The notes under the pieces are model-generated. The model searched no databases. It worked only from the letters and a program-made list of their open reading frames with translations, and had not been told where the DNA came from. DNA of 61,157 nt, counting the filler, from Dugesia japonica (lineage: Eukaryota), in NCBI GenBank assembly GCA_001938525.1. It is 5 parts of 5 records of this genome, joined end to end, with 100 filler letters (N's around TTAATTAATTAA, not from the genome) between each part and the next. Parts side by side here need not be neighbours in the genome. Positions count along the whole stretch, not along the records: positions 1 to 11,545 come from MQRL01318873.1; positions 11,646 to 20,092 come from MQRL01589800.1; 3 more parts are not named here. One strand, written 5' to 3'. Positions 1-13,502 of this stretch are shown one piece after another. Position 1 is the first letter of the stretch, and every line of letters begins with the position of its first letter. The position numbers and the translations under genes were made by a program.

Positions 1-482
1 TAAAAATTTGCTACTTAGTGAAATAATAATTGAAATACATGAAAAGAAAATCTTAAAATTGTTTTGATTATTTTAAACATTTAATAACATTATTACTTCC
101 TCTCTTATTGCTAACAATGAAAATGCCAATGAAACCTTGAATATTACACTTCAGTTACTTAAATAAGAAACCGTTTCCTGACAAGAAAATAATAATATTA
201 GATTAAATATGTACAGGTAAAATTAATCGTCGTGGTTGTCAATACCTTTCACTACGAAAATTCACATTTAATCATGTTCCGATCTACTGATAAAATTTTT
301 CTGGTTCTCTCGTTTATGATAAACTCACCTAATTTTAATTTCAGAAATGGTCAAACCAAAACTATTCGTTCACTGCCTATGCAGATCATCATGACATACA
401 TATCACTTTCTTTACTCTGACAAAATCTCAAAAAAAAATCAAACAAAAATCTCTCAATCAACAATGTGTCCACGTTTATTTT

Positions 483-898
483 TTACATAACAGATAGATT
501 TGTGACGGAACCGCTCAGGCCCATCAAATCCCTCATAATCGCCATTTCCTCTTCTTCAGCCTGCGATTCAAACATGTCGTTCTGCGAAAGGCTACATTTC
601 ATATCTGCTACTGGCTCAGTGTTATCTACTGCAGTTGCTTCCGGCTCAGTATCCTCAATAATGGCCATTAGCCGATCTCGTTGTGCCGTGAGCAGCTGTA
701 GATTGGCTTCTTTAATTACGAGTTGCAGATTGGTCATATTCAGGTCTGCTCTCAAACTGGACAATTCATTTCATAATGTTTTCTCTCGTTTTTGATCATC
801 TCTTGCACCTCCGACCACTCAATGTAAAAACGACCATTGTCATCTATGTACGGCCAGATGTAACGGGGCCTTCTGCTCGCTTGCCTGGTTTTATGCAT
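483..898 (-). pseudogene. Coiled-coil cassette copy 1: 3' exon with a 1-nt frameshift near 770
   Basis: Acceptor tttcttAG then MHKTRQASRRPRYIWPYIDDNGRFYIEWSEVQEMIKNERKHYE, frameshift, NELSSLRADLNMTNLQLVIKEANLQLLTAQRDRLMAIIEDTE...SVM*. AATAAA at 476-481 (- strand). GC-richer than flanks. Shares CAGGCCGAAGAA (1000-1011, -) with 23761-23772. Confidence 0.55.
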
Positions 899-2327
899 CT
901 AAGAAATTTAATTATTATCAGTTTCGACATTTTTAACCAAATTACAATAAAATGAAATAATAAATAAAATAAATTATAAAAACATATAATTTGTCACTAT
1001 TCTTCGGCCTGCGGCCTAATATGGCTTCGTCCCCATTCCTAGAAGGTTAACCAGAGAAGATGACAGCCAAAACTACCATCTTTCCTCGTTCTCCTTCATC
1101 CGAATTCTCAAAAGATGTCCTTATTATTATCATTTTAGAAACTTATTAACTACATCACCGAATGATCTAAAATTAACACTACACTAATTTTTCAATATTA
1201 CGGAAACAGTTACATCGTACAGAACATTGCTGGTTGTAACAATAACAATTCTCAATTCTATTGAAATAATATATTCCTAAAATTTATGACAAATTTTAAT
1301 TGTTGAATAGCACAAAAGAAAGAAATTTGTTGGTTTAATTATTTATTGAATTCTCTCGTTAAGAACAAAATTAAAATTCATATTACTACAAAAAACCCAG
1401 AAAAAATAAAATTTTTAAAACATAAAGAATATAATCCAATTCTTTCCTAGAAAAATTCTCGAATTTTTCAATTTGACTGAGTCCCCGTATTATATCTACT
1501 CATAATCTTTCTCATAAATTTTCTCCTGACTTCTAGACACCATTTCAAGAATCTCAGTTTCTCATTCTCATTCACCGAGATTCACATTTTAGTCTCATAG
1601 AATTATCGAATTTCTGTTGCGTAATTTCTCATTTCCATATTCATTAAGTTTACGTTTTTTAACTCATAATTCCCCAATTTCAACTTTACCAAAATCTCTC
1701 GTACGATTGGAACTACGATCATCCATCACAAAATGTTGGGACGACACTCAGATAATAATTTTAGATATTTTAATAATAAATGGAGTTTACTTTTTGTCGC
1801 TGTATTCCTCCGGATTTTTCTAGAATATTGAAGGCCAAAACACTCGTTTGTAGTTAGTTAATATATATTTATCGATAACACTTTCGGAATATTGTTTATA
1901 ATTATAATGATTTTATTAGATTCAAGAAATTTTTCAACATAAAATTTTTAAAATTAAACATTGCCGATTTTCGCTGTGCAACTATGTTTTATTTCTTTCT
2001 CGATTGTTGGATTGGGCAGTTCTCATTGCTCGCTCAATCGTTGGTCCTCATTTTGAAATATCTTCGTCCTATTGGCTAATGATGCCTGCCTCTCAGTGAA
2101 TTTGATGATCATCGCACCACAACTTTTGTCTTATTCCTGTCACTGTATGCACTTCTTTATCCTTAAATTGATTGACATCAAATTTGGAAAAACCGAATTC
2201 CTGTCGTCAGGAGAATGTCCTTGTTCTCGCTTTCTGGTTTTTCATCTGAATCATCATTTCGAAAACCAGAATTATCGTTCGATATCGGTGACTGAACCTG
2301 TTTTCATTGTTAATTAACTCGTTAATT

Positions 2328-3093
2328 AACATCAATATTTTATCAAATAAATCAGACATGTCCAAAATACAGCCCTTGTTATGAATTTATGCGAACCTGG
2401 ATTAATTTTTCAATATTAGATATTTACCTTCCAATAATTAGTAGAATAAATTAATAAATGAATATGGCCGTAGAGGTCCTTTATTTTTATTATATTAGTA
2501 GTAGTATCATCCATAGTATACATTTAACTGCACTATTAATCCTTTTAAATCTTTTCTATAAAATATGGGTCTTCCCTGCTCAATTTTCATTTTTTTTCTC
2601 CATTTCCTACACTAGCTGCATAATGATTATAATAACGATAGTGAAATAATAATAATATTAATTATAATAATAACAATATTAATAATTAATGTAATCTCAT
2701 TTCTGGTCCAGCACGGATTTTTATTTATTTTCTGCTCATTTTCGTTTCGATTTTCATTTTATTATTAGTTCGGCAAATTTGGTATTCCATTTCACTTAAA
2801 ATATTTTTTGGCGTTCTAGCCCAACAAATATAATTACCAGTGTAAATGTATTAAAAAAATATTTTTTCGGTCATTTTGGTTTTGAAGTGTTACCCTATAG
2901 TACAGACAAGTATAAAAGTTGTCAATTTTTATAATGGAATCTTTTTAAAAAAATTAAGTAGTATTGAGAATTCATTCTACTAATTATTGGAAGGTAAATA
3001 TCTAATATTGAAAAATAAATCCAGGTTCGCATAAATTCATAACAAGGGCTGTATTTTGGACATGTCTGATTTATTTGATAAAATATTTATGTT
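2328..3093. repeat. Long inverted repeat (foldback/MITE-like), arms about 125 bp
   Basis: 2328-2452 (..atcagacatgtccaaaatacagcccttgttatgaatttatgcgaacctggat..) is the near-perfect reverse complement of 2968-3093. Confidence 0.85.
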
Positions 3094-4125
3094 TTATTAT
3101 GGTTTAAATATAAATATACATATGTTCTTTACAAGTTTAAATTAAATAATATCACTGCCAAAGCCCCAACCAAACCATTACACAAGATTCTGTGAAGGAT
3201 CGCTCAAAACGTTTTTAATTTGATAGATTTCGTTTCGGTTATGCAAATCTTCAAAATCAGAGTCGTGGACACCCTGATGCAGTAGTGGACAATGGAAACT
3301 TGTAGATTCACTTTGAAGGAAATTCACATGCAATAGATCTTAGTGTTAACCCGACAACAGTTGGTTTACATTTGTATTCTTTGTAAAGGTGAAGAACCTG
3401 AATAAATGTGTTCCACGTGTCCTTAATGTTACCTTACTTTTACTCATAGGATATTTTTTCCACCAGACTTTAGTTTTAAAACATCTGGATGATTTCATCA
3501 AGAAAAAAAATTTGTGGACAAAAAATCAGTCGAAAATAACTCGTCTAATCTAAAGCTATAGTTTTTTATTAACGTGGAGTAAATCGGCTTGTATCATGTT
3601 TGCAAAAATTCGTTGAAGCCAATGGTAGTTACTTTAAGGAATTTTTAATCGGAATTAGCTTATGCATCTTAACATCTTTTTATTACAATTTTCAGTAATT
3701 TCGTATAAAACAACCTCAATATAATATGCAATCAATAGTGTCTGTGAAATTCGTGTATTTAAAAGTAATAAATAAACATTAAATTAATAAAGAAGTTAAA
3801 TCACATTAAGTTAAATGTTAAATAATTTTTAAATAAAATATCAGTTAATATTAATAAAAATTTTAAACTATTTAAACTAAAACTGTTAACAAAATTTTAA
3901 ATGTAAAATTTCTTTGTGCCTAAATAATTTTTGGACAAATAAAATTTAAAGAATAGTAAGCTGGGATAAATTTTATTTCAGAAAATAATAATTGTATATC
4001 AATATTTTCACAAAACAAATAAATTATTTTTTGAGATGTTGCTTGTTAAAAAAAGTCAAGAGGTCAAATATGAACCATTCGTATTGAAGAAGATATGATG
4101 ACTAGTAAAAAACAGTAATCTTGAG

Positions 4126-4679
<554 letters not shown>

Positions 4680-5089
4680 ATTTATGTGTATAGTAATTGA
4701 ATTAGTTTTAGTATTATTTAGTTTAAATGTATTTTTTTAAAATATGTTATCAGCCAATGAAAATTTTAATAGATTTTATTTAATTTTTTAGGAAATCCAA
4801 AGTTTAAGGAGTGTTTCGTTGATTCTGTAACATAGCAGTTACGTTTTATACCTGATATTTAAATAAACAAAATTTTTTAATTATTTTTCGATATTTTATT
4901 ATTATCAGCCCAAAAGGATTGAATTGTTTGTTATGGTTATACATAGTTGTATTAAATTACATTTTCTTAAATAAGGCAAGCAAATTTCTGATTATTTTAT
5001 CAAAATCATAATAGAAATAAAAATTTTTACATATAAAAAAAAATTTTTTTTCTTAAGAAAATATTTAAGAATGTTTCAGAAATATTGTT

Positions 5090-7186
5090 AGTCGAATATT
5101 AAAAAAAACGGAATATTTGTTTAAATATTGTTTTTTAAGATTTAGTTATATTTTGAACTTATTGAATAAATCTGTTATAGAAATTAAGACTTTTGATTTA
5201 ACTGGCGATCCAGCCCAGCTGAACCCAATTACTTGAAACCAGGAAACCAAAGCAAAAAGGATCTATGAAGCTTTGTCTAAAGAGTCTAGGAAATTACTAA
5301 CCCCTAAAATTACGAAATTCTCTTGGAATTATGACGAAGACCCAGCAAAATGATTAAATGAAATTTTAATTTTTGCAGAATCAAACAGCTATGATTTATT
5401 ATCAATCTTTCATTTATTATTAGACGGTGATGCAAAATTGCTAGCGAATGGTTTTTAAAGGAAAATTTATAAAATAAAAGTCATTTCTCCGAATTATTGA
5501 AGAATGCAGTGGAATTCGACAAAAAGAAAATGAACGCTTTGAAAACTTTGAATTAAGATCTTTAAGAATAGTCAAAGAAATATTTGAATCAGGATTGACT
5601 GTGCAGGAAATGATTCAACAAATAATCAAGAAAAGAGCTAAGAAAATTATTTGCTCCTAAACCAGAAATTAAGCCGGGTAAAATGAGAAAGTTGGGTCAA
5701 AATTTTGAGAAGAACGATGAAAATTTTGGTGGGTCAAAGATAAATAAGTTGACTTACTCAGAAGTGGCAGCTGCAAGTTGCAGTCCGAGAATTAAGAAAA
5801 TTGATTTAAAAGGTTCTAACTATCATAAACCTACGAATAATGAAATTGAAAAAGCAATTCCAATTGCTGAAGAATTTAATAATTCCAGCAGAGAAGGTCA
5901 ATTTAGAAATATGCCAACAGTTTCCATGAAGTTTATTACAAGGAAATTGTACAATAGATCTGTTTGTTTTTTTTGTTTTCTTCTTCATTTAAAACAACTA
6001 AAATAAGACTTTTGATTCAATTCTTCTTGCTTTTTGAATGCTTCTTCCAACACTTGCCTTTCCAAATTTATGTTTCCAAAATAATAATAAATTTAAACAA
6101 ATTATTTTAAACATTTTAATAAATTATTTAAATTATATAAAATACAAATTTATTTAAAAATAAAACAACTCAAATTTATTAATAATTTTCCAAATTTTCA
6201 ATTAAATTAATGTCAATTTTGTATGCGTCGGAGAATAAGTAGTGAAAAGGTTCAAGAGAAATTTATTCCGCGCCAAGTTAGTAATCCTATGGAACAAATC
6301 GTTATTGATATAGCATATATGGATATTGGTCGATCAAATAAAAGATATATGATTTTTATCATCGATAAATTTAATAAAATGATTAGTCTTACTTCAACAA
6401 ACAATCAAAATGATACCGCTGTATAAAGCACTCTACTAAACCACTGGATTTATAAATTTTGAAAACCACAGAAAATTGTGTCAGACCGTATGAAGTATTT
6501 GAATGGAAATTATTACAAAATCTTGATAGTAAGCTTAATAATTCATGGATCTTTACGTCTCCATATGAACATAAATCTAATTGATTAGCTGAACGAGCGA
6601 TCAGAACAGTTCGAGACCTGATAGTGACTTCAATGGAAGCGGGAGAGGAGGAAAAATCTTGGGACGAGAATCTTCCTAGAGTAGAGTTTGCATTCAATCG
6701 TACTGTATCTAAGTCAATGGGATTCTCACCAATGGAAATCATTTATAGGAGGAAAATAAATATTCACACAAATAAGGAACACAGCTTTGGAGAGGATGAA
6801 ATTATAAATAAAGCTTATGATAATATTAAACAAGCATCACAGACAATGATAAATCAAGGAAAAACTGTGTTAGTCGCGAGTTCGAAGTAGGTGAAAACGT
6901 GTTAGTAAGAAAAGACCCCTAGAAACGGAAGAAGAATGATTTACTCTACGAAAGTTCATATAAAATTACTGAATTTCTAACACCTCATCAAGTTCGGTTA
7001 GAAACTCCACAAGGTTTTAGATTTAGAAGAATCTTATGGTTAAAGAGATGCTGATTCTAAGAGAGGAGGAGAAGTTGAATATTTAAAAATACTGAATGTT
7101 TGTTTAAATATTGTTTTTTAAGATTTAGTTATATTTTGAACTTATTGAATAAATCTGTTATGGAAATTAAGACTTTTGATTTAACT
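5090..7186 (+). mobile_element. Internally deleted Ty3/gypsy LTR element with 114-bp AGT...ACT LTRs
   Basis: LTRs 5090-5203 and 7073-7186 (about 6 mismatches by eye). TSD TTGTT at 5085-5089 and 7187-7191. PBS TGGCGATCCAGCC (tRNA-Arg-like) and PPT AAGAGAGGAGGAGA. Degenerate integrase (PMEQIVIDIAYM..IIDKFNK, AERAIRTVRD, WDENLPRVEFAFN, GFSPMEIIY). No RT/RNaseH seen. Confidence 0.92.
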
Positions 7187-7242
7187 TTGTTGAATCCTAA
7201 ATAATAAATTTTCCTTTGTTAAATGTTGTTAACGTCATAGTA

Positions 7243-7457
7243 CAGCGGTTCCATAACTTTGCAGATCAAGGAACATTTCTCAAAAATAATAATTCTGGGG
7301 ATCATTTTTTCATACAAGGTCCTAATAATAAAATATATCATATACAGGTTAACATTTATTTTATTTATTAATTGGTATTTAGTTTATTTTTCATCGAACA
7401 CATTTTGATCTTCAACGGAGCGCCGATGTTCTGTGGAATATCATTTGGGAACCACTG
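7243..7457. mobile_element. hAT-type MITE
   Basis: Ends CAGCGGTTCCATAA...TTTGGGAACCACTG. Flanks tcaTAGTA / aacTAGTA look like a degenerate 8-bp TSD. Confidence 0.7.
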
Positions 7458-7671
7458 AACTAGTATATAATCAACAAATTCAGATTTAAATTGTCACATA
7501 TAATGTCTAGTTAATTGAATATTAATTTGAAAAGTTTAGTTTTTTGAAATAAAAATTAAAACTTTGAAAACTGTATATAAAAATTACATGATTTTAGTTT
7601 GAAAAATCAAATTAAATCTTCATTGAAAACTTAAAAAAATATGTTAAATATTTTATTAATTTCTAATTAAG

Positions 7672-8163
7672 GTAAAAAGTCAACAGATTTTCGAAACGGA
7701 ACAGTATTTCCTTCATGTCTTTATAGGCGCCGTGTTAGTGACGGTACTTTAAGCAATTTAAAAACCTCAAATAACGATAATTTCATTGGAAGTCTTGATA
7801 TTAGTGATTTGCCCGATATCGATTCTTCATGCATTGATGATTGTCAATCATCATCAGCTAAGAGTAGCAATGATTGCGAAGATTTTTTGGATAATCGATC
7901 AGTTTTGACATCTGTATTAGACACAGATAGTTTAGAACCACCAAACACTTCTCAAAGTGCCAAATATGTCCCGAAATCATTTCACGCTGATGTGTACGAT
8001 ACATTGTTTGCTTTGCAAAGTCTCAATTCGTATACCGCTTCTACTGATGATTATCTTAACAGAGTTCGATCAGTTTATGAAGGGCGTATTTTATCTAAAC
8101 CTTCAGACAAGGCACAAACACCACTTGTCAGACGACAAACGATCAATACCTCAACTACTGAAG
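7672..8163 (+). CDS. Internal phase-1/phase-1 exon of an unidentified Ser/Asp-rich protein
   Basis: taattaAG acceptor, 492-nt open frame (GKKSTDFRNGTVFPSCLYRRRVSDGTLSN...RRQTINTSTTE), donor G|GTAATT. No recognisable domain. Confidence 0.6.
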
Positions 8164-9578
8164 GTAATTATAAGTAATTACTAAAAATAATATTTCATAA
8201 TCCATATAAATTGTCATTATATTAATATTAATTGTATTTTATTTAAAAAATTCATTAATATTTCTGTAATGTGAATATTGTTTACTGAATATAGAAAATC
8301 TTTTTATCTCATTCTGCCCTTGTTAGGATTTTAATGTTTTAAGTATTTTATAATTTTTCTAATATTTTCGAAATCAGAAACATTAGAAAATTTCGCGATC
8401 TGTTATCAATTTGTGAAGATAAAATACATATTTTTGTAATGCAATATTTTCATTTTGTATTTGCTGAAATAAAAATAAATATGTATTGGTATCATAATTT
8501 TTAATTCTGTAATANTTATGTTTTATTTAAATATCGGCCAAGTTGAATATTTCGATTAATTGGAATATATTACATGGTAGTAAAATGATGTCAATAAAAT
8601 TTTTTTCACATTATTATATTTTTAAATCTAAATTACGTTTGTGGCCGTTGTCATGTCTACTGGGAAGAAAAATTTGTGGAATCCTTTGTTACGTACGAAA
8701 GATAAGAATTCGGCTGTGTGTACTACAAAACAATAAAATGCTTTTGTGGCATCACAAGTGGNNNNNNNNNNNNNNNNNNNNNNNNNNNNNNNNNNNNNNN
8801 NNNNNNNNNNNAAAAAAAGTTCAAGATGAAGTACAGCCATGCTGCTCTAAAACTATTTTTAATTTTTCCGAACGAATGACTCAGATTATTGATCTAACAT
8901 TTTTAACTATTTTAATAGCGTAACGAAACAATGTGCAATGCGGAAAATGTCTGGATTCATAAAATCTTCAATAGACTTTTCTGTATTCTTGATTTAGTGT
9001 TCTCGGAATGGATCGAAATTTGTTATCAAATATAATTTCGGCTACACAACCGGTTAAAATCTCAGTAGAAGCTCATTGTTCGATGAACGCGATTCTATAT
9101 ATTTCAGATTTAAATATTAGGTTCGTGTTGTATGAACTAAATAATCAAAATACATTTTAAGTAATGAATTAAAGGAAACTCGACTACTTCAAATAGTTGA
9201 AAGAAGGATATTTATTATTTTCTAGTTGAATCTCGGGAAGTTTTAGACTAATTATGGAGTGTTCAATAAAATTGCTAAAATGGTACATCAAAAAACTAGC
9301 TTGAATAATTAAGAAACTACTGAAGCTGAGGTTGCGACGGTATGTGTATTAGTTCAGTCTAATGAATCTATGATTCCAAAAATTGCAGAAATATTAATGC
9401 CAGTTATTTCGAAAAAGAAAAACCTAATTTATTGTTTCAAAACTAAATGAGCGCTAATGTTGACAAAGAGATTAGTGATTCAATGTCAATACATGGTTTC
9501 TCAAAAAACGCACCGTGGATCAGTAAATAGTAATAAATTTCTAACGCGGACTACCGGTTCAGAAACAGTGCCCTATGG

Positions 9579-10077
9579 TAGTGTTTCTTAGCCGTAAACC
9601 AACCACTGACTAGTAAACTGTAAAACTTTATTATGCGTAATCTTAATGATGGTTATATCTAGTGGTGTTATTCTAAATTTTAGATACAAATATGTTATTT
9701 GTGAAAACGAATTTTACGTGCATTACTGAGTAGAGGGATACGGGTAGGGAACCTCCTCTCCTAGTCGAAGATATGCTTTAGAATTTGATAGTTCGAAGAA
9801 ACATTTAGCATTAGAATTTACAATTTAGTAAGCATTTTTTGGTTAATAAAATTTTTTTAGCAACAGGCACGGAAGGTTTTANTTATGCTACTAAAACATT
9901 AATTTTATTTGTAAAAAAGTACACAAAATATAAATTATTTATAAAAAAACAACTACAAAAACACATAATAAAGCATAACAGCTTCTTTAATTATACTTTT
10001 TGTTTGTTAAGTATAATAATTATATTTTTTCGCGGACCACTAAAATCTTTCTACGGACTACCGGTTGAGAAACACTG
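9579..10077. mobile_element. hAT-type MITE next to the end of a related element
   Basis: TAGTGTTTCTTAGCCG...CCGGTTGAGAAACACTG. A near-identical terminus GGACTACCGGTTCAGAAACAGTG lies just upstream (about 9548-9570). Confidence 0.6.
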
Positions 10078-10592
10078 TTCTAAATAGTAAGAGAATGAAC
10101 TGGCGTACTTTCTTTATTAAAACATTAAAGGAAAATCCTTAAATCAAATTTTTAGAAACATTTTAAATAACGTCGAGTCTAAAAGGAATTTTTCCGCAGC
10201 TGATTTAATCATCACAAAGTATAGATTCAGTTTAAATAATGAAACACTAAGTGTGATGTGCTTTTTGAGAGTATACTTCACCAAAAATTTTATTCTTCAT
10301 GAGTAAACTAGTAAATAAGATCTTGAAAAATTACATTATTATACCATATATATATATTTCACTACTATTTATTATCTCAATTTTATTTAAGTTAAATATT
10401 CTGTATAAATTAGTTTGTAAAAATTTGAGAATAACAGAACCGTTAAAGATTTTTGAATAATATTATAATTAAAACTAAATGTATATGTAAAATTTTGAAA
10501 ACAATTTTCTAATTAACAATTGGACTTCTAACAACAGCTTCCAAATTTTTAAATCTAATTTCTGCTTAAAATTGCTTTTCCGCAATTTTCTC

Positions 10593-11093
10593 AGTTACAA
10601 TATCCTTGTCATCTATTATAATTGAACAATAATTAAATACTTAGAATATTTATTAAATATAAATTATAACGTTAATTTGTATTAATCAAACAACGTTATT
10701 TTTAATTTTCATAACTTTTCCCATCTTTTTAGCCACTCTATTCTCCTGGTTATCAAACCATTTGGAAACTTAATTTATACTTGATGTGTTGATTCAAACC
10801 TCACTATTTGGCATGGCCCTTCATAAAGCAACCCGAAAATATCCAACGATTTGAAATCTTTAATGATAATCCATTCCTTGATATTCTTAAATTATTTTGA
10901 AGCCTCTTATGCATCTTTGGTAGCGCATCTAAATGATGGTTGTCTTGTAACCGCATTCACAATCGCGGGGTGGTTGACAGTTACAATATCCTTGTCATAT
11001 ATCATAACTGAACAGTAATTAAATATTTATTAAGTATAAATTATAACATTAACTCGTATTATTGAAACAGCGTCTTTTTAAATTTCAATAACT
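10593..11093 (-). mobile_element. TRIM-like 501-bp LTR element, AGTT...AACT LTRs
   Basis: Direct repeats 10593-10716 and 10979-11093. TSD TTCTC at 10588-10592 and 11094-11098. PPT AAAAAGATGGGAAA on - strand. Internal remnant LLYEGPCQIVRFESTHQV..RRIEWLKRW is homologous to the pol tail at 6940-7050. Confidence 0.88.
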
Positions 11094-11545
11094 TTCTCTT
11101 TTAATTATTTATTTAAAAATATTACAATAATATGAAATCTTCTAATAAAATTAAAATATCACTTAAAATTAATAATATATATAATACCTATAATTATTAT
11201 AAAATTTACGTAAACATTCATTGAAAACATTAATTTAAATATTGATAAAAAATTTATAAAAACATTGTAAATTTTATATGAACACTGGTTATAAAATCTA
11301 CAAAAATATTTACTTCATGAAAGTTTACTTAAGGAAATTTCTTTAATATTTTGTAAAATTAAAATCTGAACTTTAAAGCAAAATTTAATCCTAATTTTAA
11401 AACATTAAACATGTTTAAATAGTTTATATTATATATTATCCAAATATTTATTCTAGATTTTTCTGTATTTTTTAAAAGTATACAAACCTAATTTAATCTC
11501 TATTTAAAAAGATATTTAAAACAAAAAATATACTAAATAATATTT

Positions 11546-11645
11546 NNNNNNNNNNNNNNNNNNNNNNNNNNNNNNNNNNNNNNNNNNNNTTAATTAATTA
11601 ANNNNNNNNNNNNNNNNNNNNNNNNNNNNNNNNNNNNNNNNNNNN
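11546..11645. other. Artificial scaffold linker (44N-TTAATTAATTAA-44N)
   Basis: Exactly 100 bp with a six-frame stop spacer; the same structure occurs four times. Confidence 0.97.
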
Positions 11646-13502
11646 CTATCAATATATATTTATTATCTAAATTTAATTAATGTACAATATTTCAGTCTAC
11701 AAACTGTTAATGCTAACGAGCTGTGTCTGCACTCATGACTCCTCTATTAGACTAACGTCGTCATGTATTATAAATCGATATCAGATTTTACTGCTAATAA
11801 ATTTCGCTCATCACTGCGTGCCACGATTGACTTGGCATTATCAGTTTGGGCTCAGACTTAAGCATGAATATTTTTGTGCATTGTAATCGGTGACATGATC
11901 ACATTAGAAACAATATAACTCATAATCAAGTATGTGTGTATCCAAGAAATGAGTAACTCTAATATTTCAGTCAGTAACCACCGTGTGGATTATCACTTTT
12001 AAATAACCATGTTATAACTAAAAATTCTTAAGCCAGGTCATTAGTCCAAATGAATCACATTAATCAACTGCTTAGGATATGAATTAGTATTTCGAAGTGT
12101 TTCAATTCCAAAATACATTGGTATCTGTCGATTAATTGTAAAACATACTCTACCTGAATTATACATGGATTACTTCTGGAATATTGGTGTGATGGACTTT
12201 TATTAACTACAAATCTCATTAGTGTCCGACTTGAGCTAAGGAGAATTGTTATGCTCTAAAATACAATCTTGTGTGTGATCTCACTTAGTTACTGGATTAT
12301 AATTATCATCCTCAAGTTCTTTCCCACCTCAACGTTATCTGCTATTGATTCCAACTTTGCTGTTAATGGATAATTTTACTATTGCCATGAAATTATAATT
12401 ATTCTCGTTGAATGCTATTACCATTAATTTCAATGTGGCCACGTATGAGTTATCCTTTTTATATTTAAGTGATGTTATTATGTTTTATTGACTGATATTA
12501 TTAAATCACCTATTATTCTTAGTATTGAGTAAACTTTATCCCTTTTAAATTAATTTTTTATTTAGGGTGGAAACATTGTCAGCATTGTTATAGTACCATG
12601 TTACTGATAAATTTATTAAAATGGTGGGAGTGAGTTATGAATGGCATCTAATATCGCCATTCTCCCAGTTGCAACGCCTATTGATACTGGAATCGACTTT
12701 TTCGGGTAGTGTGATGTTAAATTTGGTAAGAATTCAAAATCTAGAGATATACACCTAATAGGGGATAAACATGGGCAATTCCCACTAACATTATGAGGCG
12801 TGAATAAGAATTCACTCATTTGTACTGATTCGGCCCCAATTATAATTTTTTATTCGTACTAGGATTATTATCAATGATATCAGTAAAATTACGTTTATTA
12901 TTTTTATTATCATTATCAGTATCCTCATCGTTATCAATGCTATTATTATCATTAATATTCTTTGTCTTATTCGTATGGTTGTTCCCCGTTACTACACAAA
13001 AAATAATTGAAGTATAACTGTGTCGATATAAAGTTAACCTTGAATATAATATAACCACTTACATAAGGCTATTTCGCCCAGTATACGCCATAATTTACTG
13101 AATAATTTTACGACTTTATTGGGTCCTGATAATTTTGTTTAGGTAAATGTCTAGGGTATTGAAAGATACTTTAAATTACATATGACAGGAGATAAAGCGA
13201 TCACGACGAAAACAACTGATCGGCCCCCTCCTCTTTCCGCATGCTATCCTCTCACCTGGTGAGTTGGATTTACAATGCTTCGCCGAGATGTTACCGTTAA
13301 ATTATAATGTAGACCTGGATGAAGAAAGTTAATAATATTGTTAAAACATTCTCTAATCATGACAATTTCGTTTAAATAAATAATAATGCAGTTAGGTTGT
13401 TAAATGTTGATCGATTTGTTTTTGTGTGTATACCATATCATGATCTTAACTTAATTATAATAAATCATATTATAGTGGAATTCAAATGGTAAATCTTGAT
13501 AG

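Noticed and set aside
466-795. 109-aa + strand ORF (also 34871-35242, 24002-24365 -)
   Set aside because: Antisense shadows of coding remnants on the opposite strand.
3130-3480. GC-richer patch suggesting an exon or transposase
   Set aside because: The frames I translated contain stops and no recognisable motif.
11590-11601. TTAATTAATTAA palindrome recurring four times
   Set aside because: Always centred in 88 Ns; an assembly spacer, not biology.
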